A DNA stretch of 64,000 nucleotides from Oculina patagonica. Taxonomy: Eukaryota. Positions within the stretch are counted from its first letter, which is position 1; every line of letters begins with the position of its first letter. Position numbers and translations under genes: made by a program. This document shows positions 13,374 to 27,200 of the stretch, one piece after another. The notes beneath the pieces are model-generated. The model was not told the DNA's origin and did not search any database. It saw only the letters and a program-made list of their open reading frames with translations. The DNA is taken from positions 16,988,001 to 17,052,000 of the forward strand of contig NC_135760.1 of assembly GCF_052425735.1 (NCBI RefSeq). Reading direction: 5' to 3'.

Positions 13374-14639
13374 AACCAGGGGGAGGGATATAAACGGCGA
13401 GAGGAGTGTGTGGGTGGGGGGAATGGGGGGGCATTTTACGGTATAGAGGTTTCAGAAAGATACTTCCAAGGGATGGTTAGATAGACAAACCGTAAAATGG
13501 AACGATTTGAATCGTTTTTGTATCAGGCTAGGGTAAACGTTTTGGCCGCTGTCGGAATGTGCTGCAAAGATTCAATAGCCGATTCAACAAGTTAGATTAT
13601 CGGCATCTACGGAATAGTTGAAGACATTCCAAGCTTTCAGCTTTTCTTTCTTTCTTCGGTCGTAGTTTCGTGTGCACTAAGATGTCTGCACTGGATTGAA
13701 GACTATAATGTACGCAATAGAACAGTAAAAGTAAACGCGTAGAACCGGCTAACCGTTTGCAAATAGAAAACACGAGTAACATTTATCTCGCATTTTACTT
13801 CATTAGAAAACCAACAGTTACTTGTTTGTAATATACAGCGTAAAGCTAGTGCCATAGTAGGACAGTTTTCCGAGTGTCGAGCTAACACGAAAAATCTCGC
13901 GAGTAACGCCTCTACTCCAAGTAGTCGAACGCTGCAACATTTTTTGCGCAATATCGTTTACGAACTGAAGTGAATGAGAAGCAAATTCTATTGTTGTATA
14001 GCTCTTTTCCCTGCGATAGCGCTTGCATTGACTGACTAGCACATGGTCACATGACACCTAACAATGAAACTGTTTCACACCAAATGTCCATGAGCGGGTA
14101 ACATTGTGACACCTATGACGTCAGAGGGTAACTGTTACCCTCTTGTCATAGAAATACACACAGAGTGAGGCGCCGAGACTCGATGGTGACAAGGCCACTG
14201 TAGGCCAAGGAAGTCGGGCGAGACTGAAAGTTGAAGTCCTTCCTCATGGCCCCAACCCTTTTGGCTCAACTTACCCTCTTTCCCCTAATCTTATCAAAAT
14301 TGTTGTGGTTTGTTCTCTACGTTTGTTCTTTACGTAATGAGAGCGCGATCACGTCGTTTACCAATTAATGCTGTCGAATTACAATTCTTTATTGCTGTCA
14401 TTGGACACCTTTGCCGCTCGTTCATCATTTAGGTGTACTTTCACTTTTCGCTGTTTCTCTGCTGTTTGTAAAACTGATCGAATGTATTACTGACTGTATT
14501 ATTAATATTAAGGTTTTATTTTTCCCAACTTCCCCATCTGAAATTTGCTATTGATATGATTGACTATTGATTATAATGGACCTCATGTTTTTTGTTTTGT
14601 TTTGTTTTGTTTTTTTACCCTCGAATTTCAGAGAAGCTT

Positions 14640-14872
14640 GTACAGCTAATATCTCCGAGCATCTCAACAGTACACAGCACAATGGGCAAAGACCTAACCA
14701 TAACACTGGGAAACTCCATGCCCTACACTTTACGATAAGTGTGTGGATTCTTTTACGTCCCCTGCTGACCATAACACTGAAGATGCAGGAGACGGGGCCT
14801 ACGGTTTCTCATCCTTATCCGAGAAGAATACAATATCAAACCATTTGCAGATGTCATTGCAAAGGCAGCATA

Positions 14873-14913
<41 letters not shown>

Positions 14914-14965
14914 TGAGACTCGAACCCGAGACCTCCCGCACGGTACCCCGGTCGTCCGGCGCTCG
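14640..14965 (-). mobile_element. tRNA-derived SINE
   Basis: The minus strand has a B-box-like GGTTCGAGTCT followed by the body ccggaccaacactcagggtcttaaaataactgaggagaa. Boundaries are approximate. Confidence 0.55.
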
Positions 14966-15332
14966 ACCTCATGTCACCCAAGTCCGAGAAAAAATCATGC
15001 GCGTAAGGTTTAAAAACCGCCTGCCACTATGTACTGTTTTTTTATTTCTTAAAACAGAAACACCTCTTGGCTGGACTTCTGGGTTGTGTTATGAGAAATA
15101 AAATTTAAAAGTGTTACAATATGGCTTTGTATAGTATCTGCGCTGTCATAATAATACATTGAAGACAAATAGCAACATTTTTTTCTTCTCTTCAAGTACA
15201 CTTTCCATCTCTTTGAATATGGCAATCTTGTCCACTTTTTACTTTTTACGTTTTTTGGTCTAAAATCTGAAATCTGTAGATAGCCAAAGATACAAAATCA
15301 CAAAAATAAGTATAATAATAATAATAGTATAC

Positions 15333-15477
15333 CATTCTCACTCATTTATGATGTCACTCATTGTTCGGCGTGGATAAGATATGGGAAAAGATTGTGGCCA
15401 AGGCATATATCATTCTCACTCATTAATTATGCCGCTAATTGTTCGGCGGGGATAAGATATGGGATAAGATTGTGGCC
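15333..15477. repeat. Two-unit ~78-bp tandem repeat
   Basis: cattctcactcatt...ttgttcggcg.ggataagatatggga.aagattgtggcc occurs twice. Confidence 0.7.
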
Positions 15478-16500
15478 TTCGGCTGCTCACGCACATTACT
15501 GCTTCATTACAAACCCAAAAGATCTTCACATTTATAGGAAAGAATACCCACAAAATACACCTTCTCCCCAAAACTCAGAAAACCCCTCAAACCCCAACTA
15601 TTATGCGAGAGGCCCAGCCCTGCTAGTGGGGTTACTTCCCTACACCATAGCATGTATTTCGAATGTATTTTCCGGCATGCTGTGGAACTTGCGAAGCGGC
15701 AGAGACTGGATATGCAGTACAAGTCTTCTAGTTAAACAGCAACGGCAGGGTAAGTACAGCCTTAAACTTAAGAAAATAAACAACGAACCGACTTAAGCAC
15801 GTGGTTGGGCTTCGGCGACGTAGCGCGAGAGTATTAAAAAATTCGCCCGGACTTCCCGGCTTGCGTATTTCTTTCGAAATGCCCCGAACCTAAGCAATTG
15901 GATCTTTAAATACGGTGATTGTGCACGTGGTGATTAAGCATTACCTAACGCAACTATCTATAAACAGGGGGGGGGGAACGGGGTTATGTAATCCACGAAC
16001 TTCTGAATTTTTGCGTCATAATTATGAATGAGGTTAGAGAGCAAATAGGAAGGTCAGCTCCGTCTAAACACAGAAAAGTAGGAACTGAAGAAAATTACGT
16101 TACAATAGATTTCTGGAGAAACAAACAATATCTGCCGACAATCTTGTTAGGCGAAAGATGACTCGCAGATTTCGTAAATACAAGACGACTGAACGATTTT
16201 CGCTTTTTTACGCCTGATTCCTTGAGCTCATTGATATGTTTCTGCTTTGGGATATACGTCTTTATGCCAACTGTAAGGATTCCTGCTAAAAATGAATTGA
16301 AATTAAATGAACACTGCGATCTCATTCTTCATGAACATCGCGATAACTTTGTAGTTTTTACTTGTTTTCATTCTGACCTATGATTGGTTGAAACGACATT
16401 AGTTGGAATTGTTCGTGTCGTGTAATCTGATTGCTCAGTTTAGTTTGTGACCCCGGTAATAGTAGTTGCACTGTAAGTAGAAATCTCGACTTCATAATAA

Positions 16501-17039
16501 GGGCCTGTTTACAAGCAGGTAGGGTAACCCTAGTGCTAGGGTTACCCTAGCAAGAGGGTTAGAAGATAGCCCGGGTTTACAAGCAAAAATTCGCAGGTAA
16601 GGTAACCCTACTACCCGGGTCAACTTAACTTACAACTTACACCGGTTACGCTTTAGTTAACCTTGTATAATTGTGTCGTAAGAAGCTGTTATTCGAAATT
16701 ATAACCCACCCAGTAATTTTTTGCCCGCGCTCATTGGATAAAACGCATCACGTGGTACAAAATCGGACGACGGGTATCAGCGAATATACCCCGTCCGATT
16801 TGATATCCGTCGCCCGATTTTGTAGGCAAGCACAAAACAAACGAATGAAGTCACCTTATTATTCTTACTTTTAATGAAATCACAGAGTTAAAAAATCACG
16901 TAAACCAATCAATTACATTTGTTTCAACCACAAAATCACTGTAGGTTTTTCCTATAAATTTATTGTGATAAAGCGCGTTGTAGAACTTAATCGGAGGGTT
17001 ATAAAATAAATAAACCACTTCTAGCTTGCTGGTATATTG

Positions 17040-17070
<31 letters not shown>

Positions 17071-17507
17071 TCAAAATTTCACAGTTGCCCTCGAAGCTTC
17101 GCTTCTCGGCCAACTGTTTATTTTTGGTACAATCTTTCAGCCTCGGGCATTATCCTCCAATATACCAGCCGCTTGAAGGGGTTTATTTACTAAATAATTT
17201 CGTTCCAGTGCAAAGATACGACAAATTGTGAATGAAAACACGATGTTTCTTGGTCACAATTCGCTGTTTTTGTCCGTATTTTTAGACATGTTTAGCTTCT
17301 TGGAGCCAAAATAAAGTTGTCCCGGGTAGGCGAGTTATCCCTAGCAGAGCGTTTACAAGGCGCTAGGGTTACCCTGGCGCTAGGGTAACCCTAGCTGCCT
17401 TGTAAACACGTCGATGAAAAAAAGAAGAAATGTGGGAGCGCTAGGGTAAGCCTCCTGCTAGGTTAACCCCAGCACTTGGGTTACCCTACCTGCTTGTAAA
17501 CAGGCCC
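16501..17507. mobile_element. PIF/Harbinger-type MITE with long TIRs
   Basis: TAA|GGGCCTGTTTACAAGCAGGTAGGGTAACCC ... GGGTTACCCTACCTGCTTGTAAACAGGCCC|TAA, with internal repeats of (A)GGGTAACCCT. Confidence 0.85.
17005..17190. repeat. Palindromic (foldback) element nested in the MITE
   Basis: gctggtatattggaggataatgccc..ggctgaaagattgt pairs with acaatctttcagcctcgggcattatcctccaatataccagc. Confidence 0.75.
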
Positions 17508-17509
17508 TA

Positions 17510-17569
17510 AGCCTGTGTACAGCCGTCCCGCTCCGCTCAAAAAAAAGCGGGACGGCTGTACTCAGGCTA
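17510..17569. repeat. Short hairpin/MITE-like palindrome
   Basis: agcctgtgtacagccgtcccgct ... agcgggacggctgtactcaggct. Confidence 0.6.
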
Positions 17570-17779
17570 GTTTATAATCTAATTGTTAAATATGTATCAC
17601 ACTGAAAAAGATTTTTGTTTTCCGTTTTGCGCGTCAGTTTTACGCTTTTGGGGTTACGTGATGTTATTACACCACGTATTCACCCCTTCACGGTGTACTC
17701 TCATCGCGGGCTCACCGACATGGAGGGATGACTGGAAAGACCATACAGTAATCTAACATGAAGTACATATATAACCCGA

Positions 17780-17960
17780 AAGCGGAAGTGATAGCGGAAG
17801 CCAGCCAAGCCACTTTTACACTGAGTAATAGAGGTACGGAGTGTGTTGCAGTGCTTCAATCGCTTTATAACTCGTCTTATTTTCCTCATTTTCGTTTTCA
17901 GATGTTGGTCACCAAAGGCAAGCAAAGAAGAGCAGTTTATCAGTCAAAGAAAAGATACAA
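17780..17960 (+). promoter_or_regulatory. Possible promoter / 5'-UTR exons of copy B
   Basis: CGGAAGTG (ETS-like) motif, a donor at ~17833, and a candidate exon 17902-17960 bounded by ttttcAG and GTAAG. The coding-start exon is preceded by an acceptor at 20519, which implies upstream UTR exons. Confidence 0.3.
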
Positions 17961-19739
17961 GTAAGAAAAACAACACAGATAATCATGAATGTTTTGTGAC
18001 GTTAAATAGATTGGTATTTCGTTCAGGACCGTTCAGCGATGTCACGAGGGTTATGAAAACGTCTCAATTCTCGTATGTTATCGATTGTTTGTGAGTAAGT
18101 TGTGTCTAAAAGGGAGAGATTCAGCGAGCATGTCTTCGGACTAGCGCTTTGAAATTTGATTACATGGACATGTTTTTCAGAGGGGGTAAATAGGTTCGCG
18201 TCTCAACGGATTTGGCCTTAGAAAGCGTACGGATAGATTGTTGATTTTTGCGATATCTTGAGCAGATTCGCAGATTTCGAAAATACAACGGACCGCAGAT
18301 TACCTGATTGGGACAAGAATGATACGTTTATTTGATTCCAGGAGTTTGTTCAAGCCCTATGTTTCTTAGAAATGATTTTTATTCATTATTTTTGTCAGCA
18401 ATATATTTACAGAATGAAAGGTTCTGTTTTGTTTACACGCGTGTTATACGGTACATTCTTACGCGGAGCACTTTCAGTTTCGAGAAATGTAAGCACTTCC
18501 CTTTATGATGTATATTCATTGTATTTTTTTTTTCATCTTGCATAATTAATCGTTTATGCATGTGAAAGCACTTTCAGTTTCGAGAGCGTGACACATGCCC
18601 GTCCATGCGAATACGATTGTGACTCAACAAGACAACGAGGGGAAAACATAAAGTTGGCAATACAAATTCCCTCATACATTCAACTGACATGTTCTTTTAG
18701 CAAACGACACTTTTAGATGCTCTATTACTTTAAACACACACTTTCAGTAACCTAATTCATCGCCTGATTTCGTGTCATATGCGTTACAATTGATCACGAG
18801 AACAATCAACTTTCTCAGAAACAGGGGATTCCCCTTATAAATAATCCAAGTTCATTTCAAACGTTTCAAAGTGAAAGCTGTTACGCAATAAGTCTGAGTA
18901 ATCCAGCTTATGGATCTGTTCCTTCCAACATTTTGCTAGTCATTTATTCCCCACGTCCTTCAAATGATTGAGAAATATGCTCAGCAATTGTCTCAAAGAG
19001 ATTAAGGTGCCCGGAGAAAAGGTTTAGGAGCGATTTCCTTCGTTACTGGTGGCATGTATATTTTAACTTATTTGGCTTTGGTCGGCTTTGTCTCTCCGAT
19101 TCGTGTACTCTTAAAGTTCAATATTTTGGCGCCGCTTTTAGCTCCTTTTCGCTCGCATTGTATAGTTCAACATTGCTCAGTTTAATTTTAAAATATTCTT
19201 CTGATAAAGCATCAGCTGTTGAACAAAGGTTTCAGGCCTAAAGTAAGTGTCGTACTTTACAGACTTTATCAGGTAGCGGATAAATCTGAGTTCGCACGAG
19301 TCAAGTTGTACGTCAGTCCTGAAGTGTTCATAATTATTGTACACCATCGACGGAAAGTTTAGTTTCGTAACTTTGATTCCGTACAAGCCTGTACAAAAAT
19401 GTCAACCGATAGTAGTCCTTGGAAAAGATTGAATAGGTGGACTATCTGAAGTCCTTGTTTTGCTTGAACATGCACTGATAATTTTTGTTTCGAATCAACT
19501 GCTGTTAATTTGATTCAGACTTATTAACACGACGCCTTCTGTGACCCTTACACACGAAAATGTCACACAATCTTCTGACATGTATCGCCTGTGTATCGCC
19601 TCGCCAATGGTATGATAATTACCCTAGGCCTTTCTGTTTGACGAAGGTTAATACTTTTACTTATTGCATCACATTGTATGCATGTATTGTATTGCAAAAT
19701 TGTTTTGTGATTTAAGCAAAATAAAAAAAAATGAAATAC

Positions 19740-20312
19740 ACAAAAGTTGAATTTAATTGCTCTGCATGTTAAGACCCTTCATATCATCACTGACACACCA
19801 CTGTATCAACTTTGCTTCTTGGACTCCACTGTAGTTGTGTATAACCTCCAAATGACAACAATATTTTGGACTTATTGAACAAAGTTTGCATAACGAAATT
19901 CTGTAACAAACCCCTTTTTCTATTTTATAGCAAATGAGTCAGTGTCAGTCTCAACTTAAATCACACTTCAATCAACAATAATCAATTTCGGTGTAAAATT
20001 CCTTGGACATCTTTTGGACTAACATTTTCACTCACAACAACAGACCTTTAAGCTTTGTATGTAAATTGCATAGAACAAATTACATGATGCTTCCTAAAGA
20101 ACTTCCTTTTATCTATCTGAATATCGTGAATTTGTTTAAATTTGAAAGACGAAATTTTCAAGGGTAACAAAACATAGTCTGCATATCATGGGACAACAAA
20201 CAAACAAAGCTCAAAAGGTCTATTCTTAGTCCTAGGACTGGGCTTGATTCAAACTTACTGACTTACTATACTGGAAAGTCATCGCTGTAGCATGCATTGC
20301 ATGCCGTTTATT
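19740..20312 (+). mobile_element. Older, diverged Helentron 3' fragment
   Basis: Patchy similarity to ~3600-4710; terminal hairpin GCATGCA-T-TGCATGC. Confidence 0.6.
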
Positions 20313-20549
20313 TCCAATGTCTTACAAAGATCAACACGAGACCGATACACCCCATTCTTGGAAGTGAATTGGAAAATCAGATCCTTTTCATTTTACTGGC
20401 ATAAATCTCTGGTTCCCTCGCCGTTGTAGCTTTTAGTAGTGACGGTCTGTAATTATTATATGTTGTGTTTACCTGTAATGTGACCTTTACTTAACATGGA
20501 ATTTTAAATCAAACTATAGGCTGCCATTTGAATGATCAGTAATCTCACC

Positions 20550-23500
20550 ATGGCGAGGAGTCCAATCAAAGTTGCAAGTGAGAATGACGTCACACTATCT
20601 GCTGAGGAAACCCTGGATTTTGATGACGACAATTTAAAAGGTGAAATAACGCAACTGAAAAAAGATTCCTTAATTGAAAATATAATTTCTAGTTCGAAGC
20701 GTGCTACATCACGGAAAATTGTTCGAGCAATTTTCACTTGAGTGTCGAAAGTAATTTGCGTTTGCTTTGGTTTAGCTTTAATAAGCCTTGTAACTGGTTA
20801 AAAACAAACAAAAACCGAGACCAATCTTGACTCTTTCAACGCAAGTTTCTCTGCGCTTCGATCCAGCCACATTTATTTGTTTCAATTTTGATTAGTTTAC
20901 TGGGTTGTCTGTGGCCTTTGTGTTTGGCCAGTGTTTACTTTGGTTTTAGTCTTACGACACTCAATCGAAAAATCGCTCAGGCTCTTTAAAGTAAAAAATA
21001 AAATTAATAAAATGTTTCAGCAGTGCAAAGACCATGTACCAATACTAACAATAATTCATTTCTTGTTCGATTCAGCGATAGCTGAGGTTTATAAGAATCA
21101 AGGTAATGAGGAATACAGAAAAAGAGATTTTATCAACGCCATTTACTTTTATACGGAAGGAATTAAAGTGAACTGCAAAGATGACAAACTGAAGGCAGAA
21201 TTGTACAGCAACAGGGCGATTGCAAATTTCAAATTGGGTGAGAATTGTTTGTATTTTGTGAGATTTTCTGTTTACATTTATCTTATCCTTAGAGTTTTTT
21301 AAATGTAAATGCTATTGATGTAGGGACATGTAATCTAGGCCTGCGATGTTCTCTTTTGTAGGTCGAAAGGCCTGTTCCGATAGCATTGAAATCAGGGCAA
21401 ATGCTTTACAAAACTGCCTTTTGAAATATTTTGCCACTTAATGTTAAATTAAATTCGTTTTTTCTCTACCTTTAATACCAAAGTCGGCATGCGTGATTTG
21501 TTATCTCATTTCGCTTCCCTGACAATGTGAGTCATCAGCCATGGTCATAGTTCATGATTCTTAACTAAAAGAAATTCCAATTAGAATAGCACAGTGTTAT
21601 GAAAACATTAAACCAGCGATATAAAAACGTTGACCAACGTTTTTATATCGCTTTGTTCATTTTACACAACCCGAGGATCGATCGGAGCCAAAGGGATATT
21701 TAAATTAGCCAAACGGAAAGTTGGGTTTTCTCACGTTTTAAAATCTGCAGTTTACTAGTTTTTTTTGTGCTGCATCATGGATAGTCATGCAATTTTGCCA
21801 GTGCAAAAAATATTTAAAACAATAATAATTTAAATTTAGTTCATTTCTTCGACAGGAAATTTTCTTGATTCACTGAGTGATGCAAAAGTTGCCACTGGTT
21901 TACAACCTATTTTCCTCAAAGCGATTGTTAGAGGTAAGCGAATGCTATGCTACATACAACAGAATGAAACAGAATGACGTCACGGCATAGTTTTGAAGGG
22001 CGACCTCAGTAGAGGCCATTCTTTGTAACATACTCCGCGCGCAGTTTCTGAAATCGGGAAACGTGACATTCTCCAGTCAAGGGGGGCGTGATTTCGTTTA
22101 TTTCGTATTTGTTTAGCTCGATTGTTCAATTTCAGCATTGGACCTTTCTGGAATGCTTTCAGGGGTACGTTTGTTTTGATCTAAGAAGGGATTTAAGTAC
22201 CGTTCGCAGAATGGTTTAAATGAATATGTACTCTAGTTCTAAAGAAAATATGGCGCTTAAATGGCTTTCAAGGATGTTACCATTACCAGCTATGGGCGCA
22301 TCCGGAATTAATAGTGGCACCTTATTACCTAAGAGGGTGGCCGTGGTTATTCCACATTTCATCATGAGAATGAAATCATCAACTGTCCACATCATGCCAT
22401 GTGACGCAAATGACCTCCGAGAATGAGAATAAAATGGGGGAATACAAATTATATTAAAGAGTACTGTCAGGAAAGATAAAATTAAATTTATTTTCCTAGA
22501 TAAATTTGAAAATTAATCTTTATGCATCCTTGCTCCTTCTTAATTAAAGACTACTTATTCGAAGTACCATGTGTGTGTTGCTTTGGCAGAGCTCTGTTTG
22601 CTGGGACAAAACAAAACTTCCCATTTTGGGATCTTTTTGGCCACAGGTGTGGCCGTTTATTTACATAACAGTGACAGAAAGATCACATTACAAAAAAATA
22701 AAAAGCATCAACCCAGCAAAGGTGAGGGGAAAACCGCCATACCATTGCAAAAGGTAAACGAAAACAGGGAGTGGTGGGAGGGGAAAATTGTCGTCGCTTG
22801 TTTAAGACATGTAACGAAAGAGAACTCACCACGCTTGCCCCGATTCTATATAAGGACACATGAAGAATATCCCGTATGGCCGGAAGTAATCCCCAGACCG
22901 GAAGTTGGTAGATGCATACGTCGCAAGCTGCATAAAATTATTTATTTCTACAAATAAATAGCATTTTTGCCCCCGAAGGATTTTGCCGTAGCGAAGGGTT
23001 AAAATTTATCTCTTATCTCTCTTCGTTTCCATCGACCAGCGGTCGGGAAACGAAGACCCTGGCAAGATCCAATTTAAAGTACGAAACTTTACTTTTTGCC
23101 GGGATCCTTGATTTTCCCCCGTGTTAAAATGTCCTTTAACTCTTATTGAGGCCAATTTCAGCTGATCTATTACATTGTTTTCCTCAGGAGCGAGTGCCTG
23201 TGTTGAGCTAAAGCAGTTTGAAGAAGCCATCAAGTGGTGTGATAAGGGATTAGCCGTATCCTTGACAATACGCTATGGACCTTTGGCCGCACCAAAACAC
23301 TGCGAAACTCGTAGAAATATACTTCCATACATGTGTACTACGCACTTAAATACCTAATTAACGCCCACGTCGCAAGTGGACGTTAGCTGCCCAAGGGCCC
23401 GGGGACTGCCATCGCAATCACACCCCAAAGGCGCCAGAACACCTGAGTGGCCTGTCCAACTCCCGCAACCCAGCCACGTGCCTCTTTTTTCGGCTCCCGG

Positions 23501-24253
23501 GCTCCCCCCCCCTACTTTATATAGTTTCCTCTCTGTATAAATCTTTTCATGTAAGTGCATTAAAGGTTGTCGTTGAGCTCACATCAGGCCACCGAACCCG
23601 AGCACCCGTCACACTCAAGCCCAAATGGCTCAGTGGAAGAAAACTTAACACTAGGTCCCACATAAATGGCCCGGTCCTAGGGGTGGCAGAGAAGGGAACG
23701 CTGAGAAAGCTACTCCAAACTAAACAACTGGACGGAATTCGGCCCCAGCGCTCCAGCAACCATGTGAACGCCAGTAACACTACAAAACATACGCAAAACG
23801 ATAAAACGCTATACGCTTAACAAATAATCTCATGCCTACCTTAGGGTCAAAATAAAAAGCAAGAACCTCACCAGTTTTATACTTTTTTTTACGAAATCTG
23901 TAGAACTAATATCTGAAATAGGTGACATGACCTGAGCATCTTTCTGTTTTGTTTCATCAAGACTGTCTTGTATTTCCGATGACGTTTTTGATGATTTCTT
24001 TAGTGACCACCCGCTTTGCTCGTCAACCTTGCCTCAGGGCAGCTCTGCTTTCAAAATTAATGGGAGATGCCTTGAGGACGAGGTTGTTCGATTGTCACAC
24101 CATTTGTCACGGGCAGTACTCGTCTATTTTATAAATGTTATGTGTCTTAACCCAAAGAAGATTGACAAAAATAACAAGACCTTGTTAGGATTAAAAGCCA
24201 GGTCTGTCAAAGAGCTAAAGAAAGTTCCTGAAAGCCATTTTTTAAAATGCACG
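20550..24253 (+). CDS. Copy B exons 1-5: TTC4/Cns1-like three-TPR module 1
   Basis: Spliced translation ...[121 protein letters not shown] follows the TTC4/Cns1 TPR pattern (K..GN..YTEG..C.D..L...LY.NRA...KA..RGA.C..L..F.EA..WCD.GL.ID), matched from memory. Confidence 0.8.
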
Positions 24254-27200
24254 GTAAGACTAAGCTCTGATATTAAAGTACCTATGGAAGATTTTTTTTT
24301 CTTGTTCGAATCTACATTGGGTCCTGATATGAAAAGCGAAAAAAATTCCCGTAATGATCTTTCTTTACCGCGTTTTTGCCGTGAAAAAAAAAAACGTGAA
24401 ATTTTGCTTCCGGTCCCGTCAAATATCGCGCCAGGAGAAGAACTGGGTTGCTACCTGTCACCGGCAACACATTACCCTGGGTGCCCGAGGTTTTTATTGC
24501 GCGGTTTCCGATGTCGGTCATGTCGCAGCCTCCAGCTTTAATAAATTTTTTCGTGTTTAAAAAAAGGATTGGGGGTGATGATGATGATGACAAATTGTTC
24601 ATGATTTGATATTTTTTAAACCTTATTTAAACCTTTTTTCCACTGGTGTGCAGAGATTTTGCTACCAAAAACCAACGACATGCAAATCAAGCAACTTGTT
24701 GGAACTTTTTATCTTAATACAGGATGAAGACACAAAAGACGACACCAAAACAGCCAAAAAGAATGCTGTGAATGAAAGCGAGGTCACGGCATCTGTTGAT
24801 ATAGCATTGGAATTCGATGATGACAACTTAAGAGGTAAAAAATTAAAAGGTAAATAAATAAATAAAAAAACAGGAAAAATAATTGCGATAAAATGTGTAT
24901 GTCGTACAACACAACTGTGTGCGTAGTATCGCTGTACATCCAGGGTGCGAGCACGTAGGACGTGGCAAACTACCGATGACGCAAAAATATGCTGCGCCAG
25001 TGAAACTACAAAGTAAAATGTTTGAATAAGATAATTATGATCTATTATACCTTTCTTCATTTTGTTTTCGCCTGGCCAGAATGATTAAAAAGACCACAGG
25101 TAATTTGTTAAACCGGCAACCTAGAGCACAAATATGGTATACTGATAATTTTTGCTAGTTTCACGCGATATTTCAAATTTTTCTAAGTAGAAGTTGGGCA
25201 ATAAAAATAATTGTCTATTATTATTCTTTTTTCACTCTAAACATTGGAAAATAGAAATTTACAACATGCTATAAAACGGGACCATTTTCATATAAATAAA
25301 CAAATTATATTTTTATCATTAACAAATTATTATATAACAAATTATATTTTAAACATTTTGTTTTTCATTAGAAAAAGCAGAGATCTTCAAGTATAAAGGA
25401 AATCATGAGTGCAGTAAAAAGAATTTAAACAATGCCATTCACTTCTACACGGAAGGAATTAAAGTGAACTGCGAAGATGACGAACTAAATGCCAAACTTT
25501 ACAGTAACAGGGCAACAGCACATTTGCATTCGGGTAAGAGCAGTAAAAGAATTTTTTTGATTGTTGGTCGATCATTGCACCTGAGTAATATGTTTCTTTA
25601 TTTTAGAAATAATCTGCAATGTCCATGTTTTTTTGGGCCAAATTTCTTTCAACCATTGAGATGCTAAGATCACTCAAAGATACATCAAATATGTTCGGTG
25701 CAAGTGGTGAGAACAGCGAATTTATGGGTTGAGATATGCCCAGGGATGGGGAGGGGGTACTGGGGGTTTCAAGTGACGGGGATGATCGAATCAAGACCCC
25801 AGAAATCCCAAACCTCCAAAAATCCCTGGACCAAAAATTTAACTCCCGAAAAAGATCTCATGCTTAATTTCTGAGCGAATGATATAACACAAAGAAAAAA
25901 CTTTAGAAATTGAACGCTCTTGTTTGTTTATTTATCATACCGTCTGAATTAATCGGTTCCGTTTATTTGGTAGACATTTTAACAAAACTAGAGACATCCC
26001 AAAAAATCGTCTTTAACTATAAAACAACAGTAAAACACGTTTGTTTGTACTTTATTCGCAAAACTACGCAGTCAAGGCACTATCACGAATCTTAAGATTG
26101 TTTTTAATACCCCCAAAAATCCCCACTTAAATCAAGCCACTCAAACAAAATAATTGCCAAATCTCAGCTGAAACTTTTCCTACCCAAAAAAATCCAGGAA
26201 TCGAAAATTTCAAACCCAAAAATCGTTTGATCATCCCTGTCAAATGAAATCCCGAGTCCTTGCTCCCTCTGGGATATATGCAGCAGTATGATAAGCCATT
26301 GTTTTATGTTTGCGACACCGAATATATTTACACGTACATTATCAAAACATTGAGTAAAATAAACGAAAGGAGATGTCTTCTCACTTTTTTGGCTCTATTT
26401 CCCAACAGTGAAAAACCATTCATACGTTACTGCTCTGTCAGTTTCATTATACATATTCTTTCTAATTGTATTATATCAGGGAATTATGAAAATTCACTGA
26501 GAGATGCAAAAGCTGCCACTGACTTACAACCATCTTTCCTTAAAGCAATTGAGAGAGGTAAGCTGTTGACTACGCGCATGTGCAGAGTTGTTTTGGAGAC
26601 CAGATAGAGTTGCTTCCTCATATCTTGTTTGGTCAGAAATAATTAACTGGCAAAAATAAGAGCTAAAACTTAAGGGTTTAGCACGGCTTGTGTAACACGT
26701 TCCGTTTGGTCTACTAGTAGGAGACACAGAGACGGCTCTTCAGGAGTCAATCTATCGTGCTTTAATCAAGTTTCTTGCTATCGTGATCTTACACGTTCAG
26801 TAAGCTATCGAGAGTGTAAAATGTGAAAGTAATGCCAATCATATTATAATCAAATGTCACGTGAATCATATCAATGCCAATAAACAATCTATTGTGTCCA
26901 TATTGTAACATCCTTTCTCTTTTAGAAAAACAATAAAAAATACAATTTCGATTAACAAAATAACGAAACGCTAAAACATATAAGATATAATTATAAGCTC
27001 GACAATCATGCAATGTTCAATAGCACACATAGTCTTTAAAGCGTTCTGGAGGCCTTCGAACACGTGCAGGCCTCAGGCTCATTGGTGAGGGGGTTTCAGC
27101 TGGCTCTGGCGGCGGATTGGTTGCAGGAAGCGTTTCAGCTGGCTTGCTTGGCGCTGGGTTGCCTAGCGGAAACGGTTCATTGTGCTGTTGGATCATAGGT

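Larger units (their letters stand above)
1..14107 (+). repeat. Segmental duplication unit A (homologous to ~25873-54101)
   Basis: Introns, exons, 3' UTR and downstream DNA are colinear; similarity ends after gtccatgagcgggtaacattg in both units. Confidence 0.9.

Noticed and set aside
14905-14960. Possible tRNA gene
   Set aside because: Only a B-box-like motif attached to a SINE body; no complete cloverleaf.
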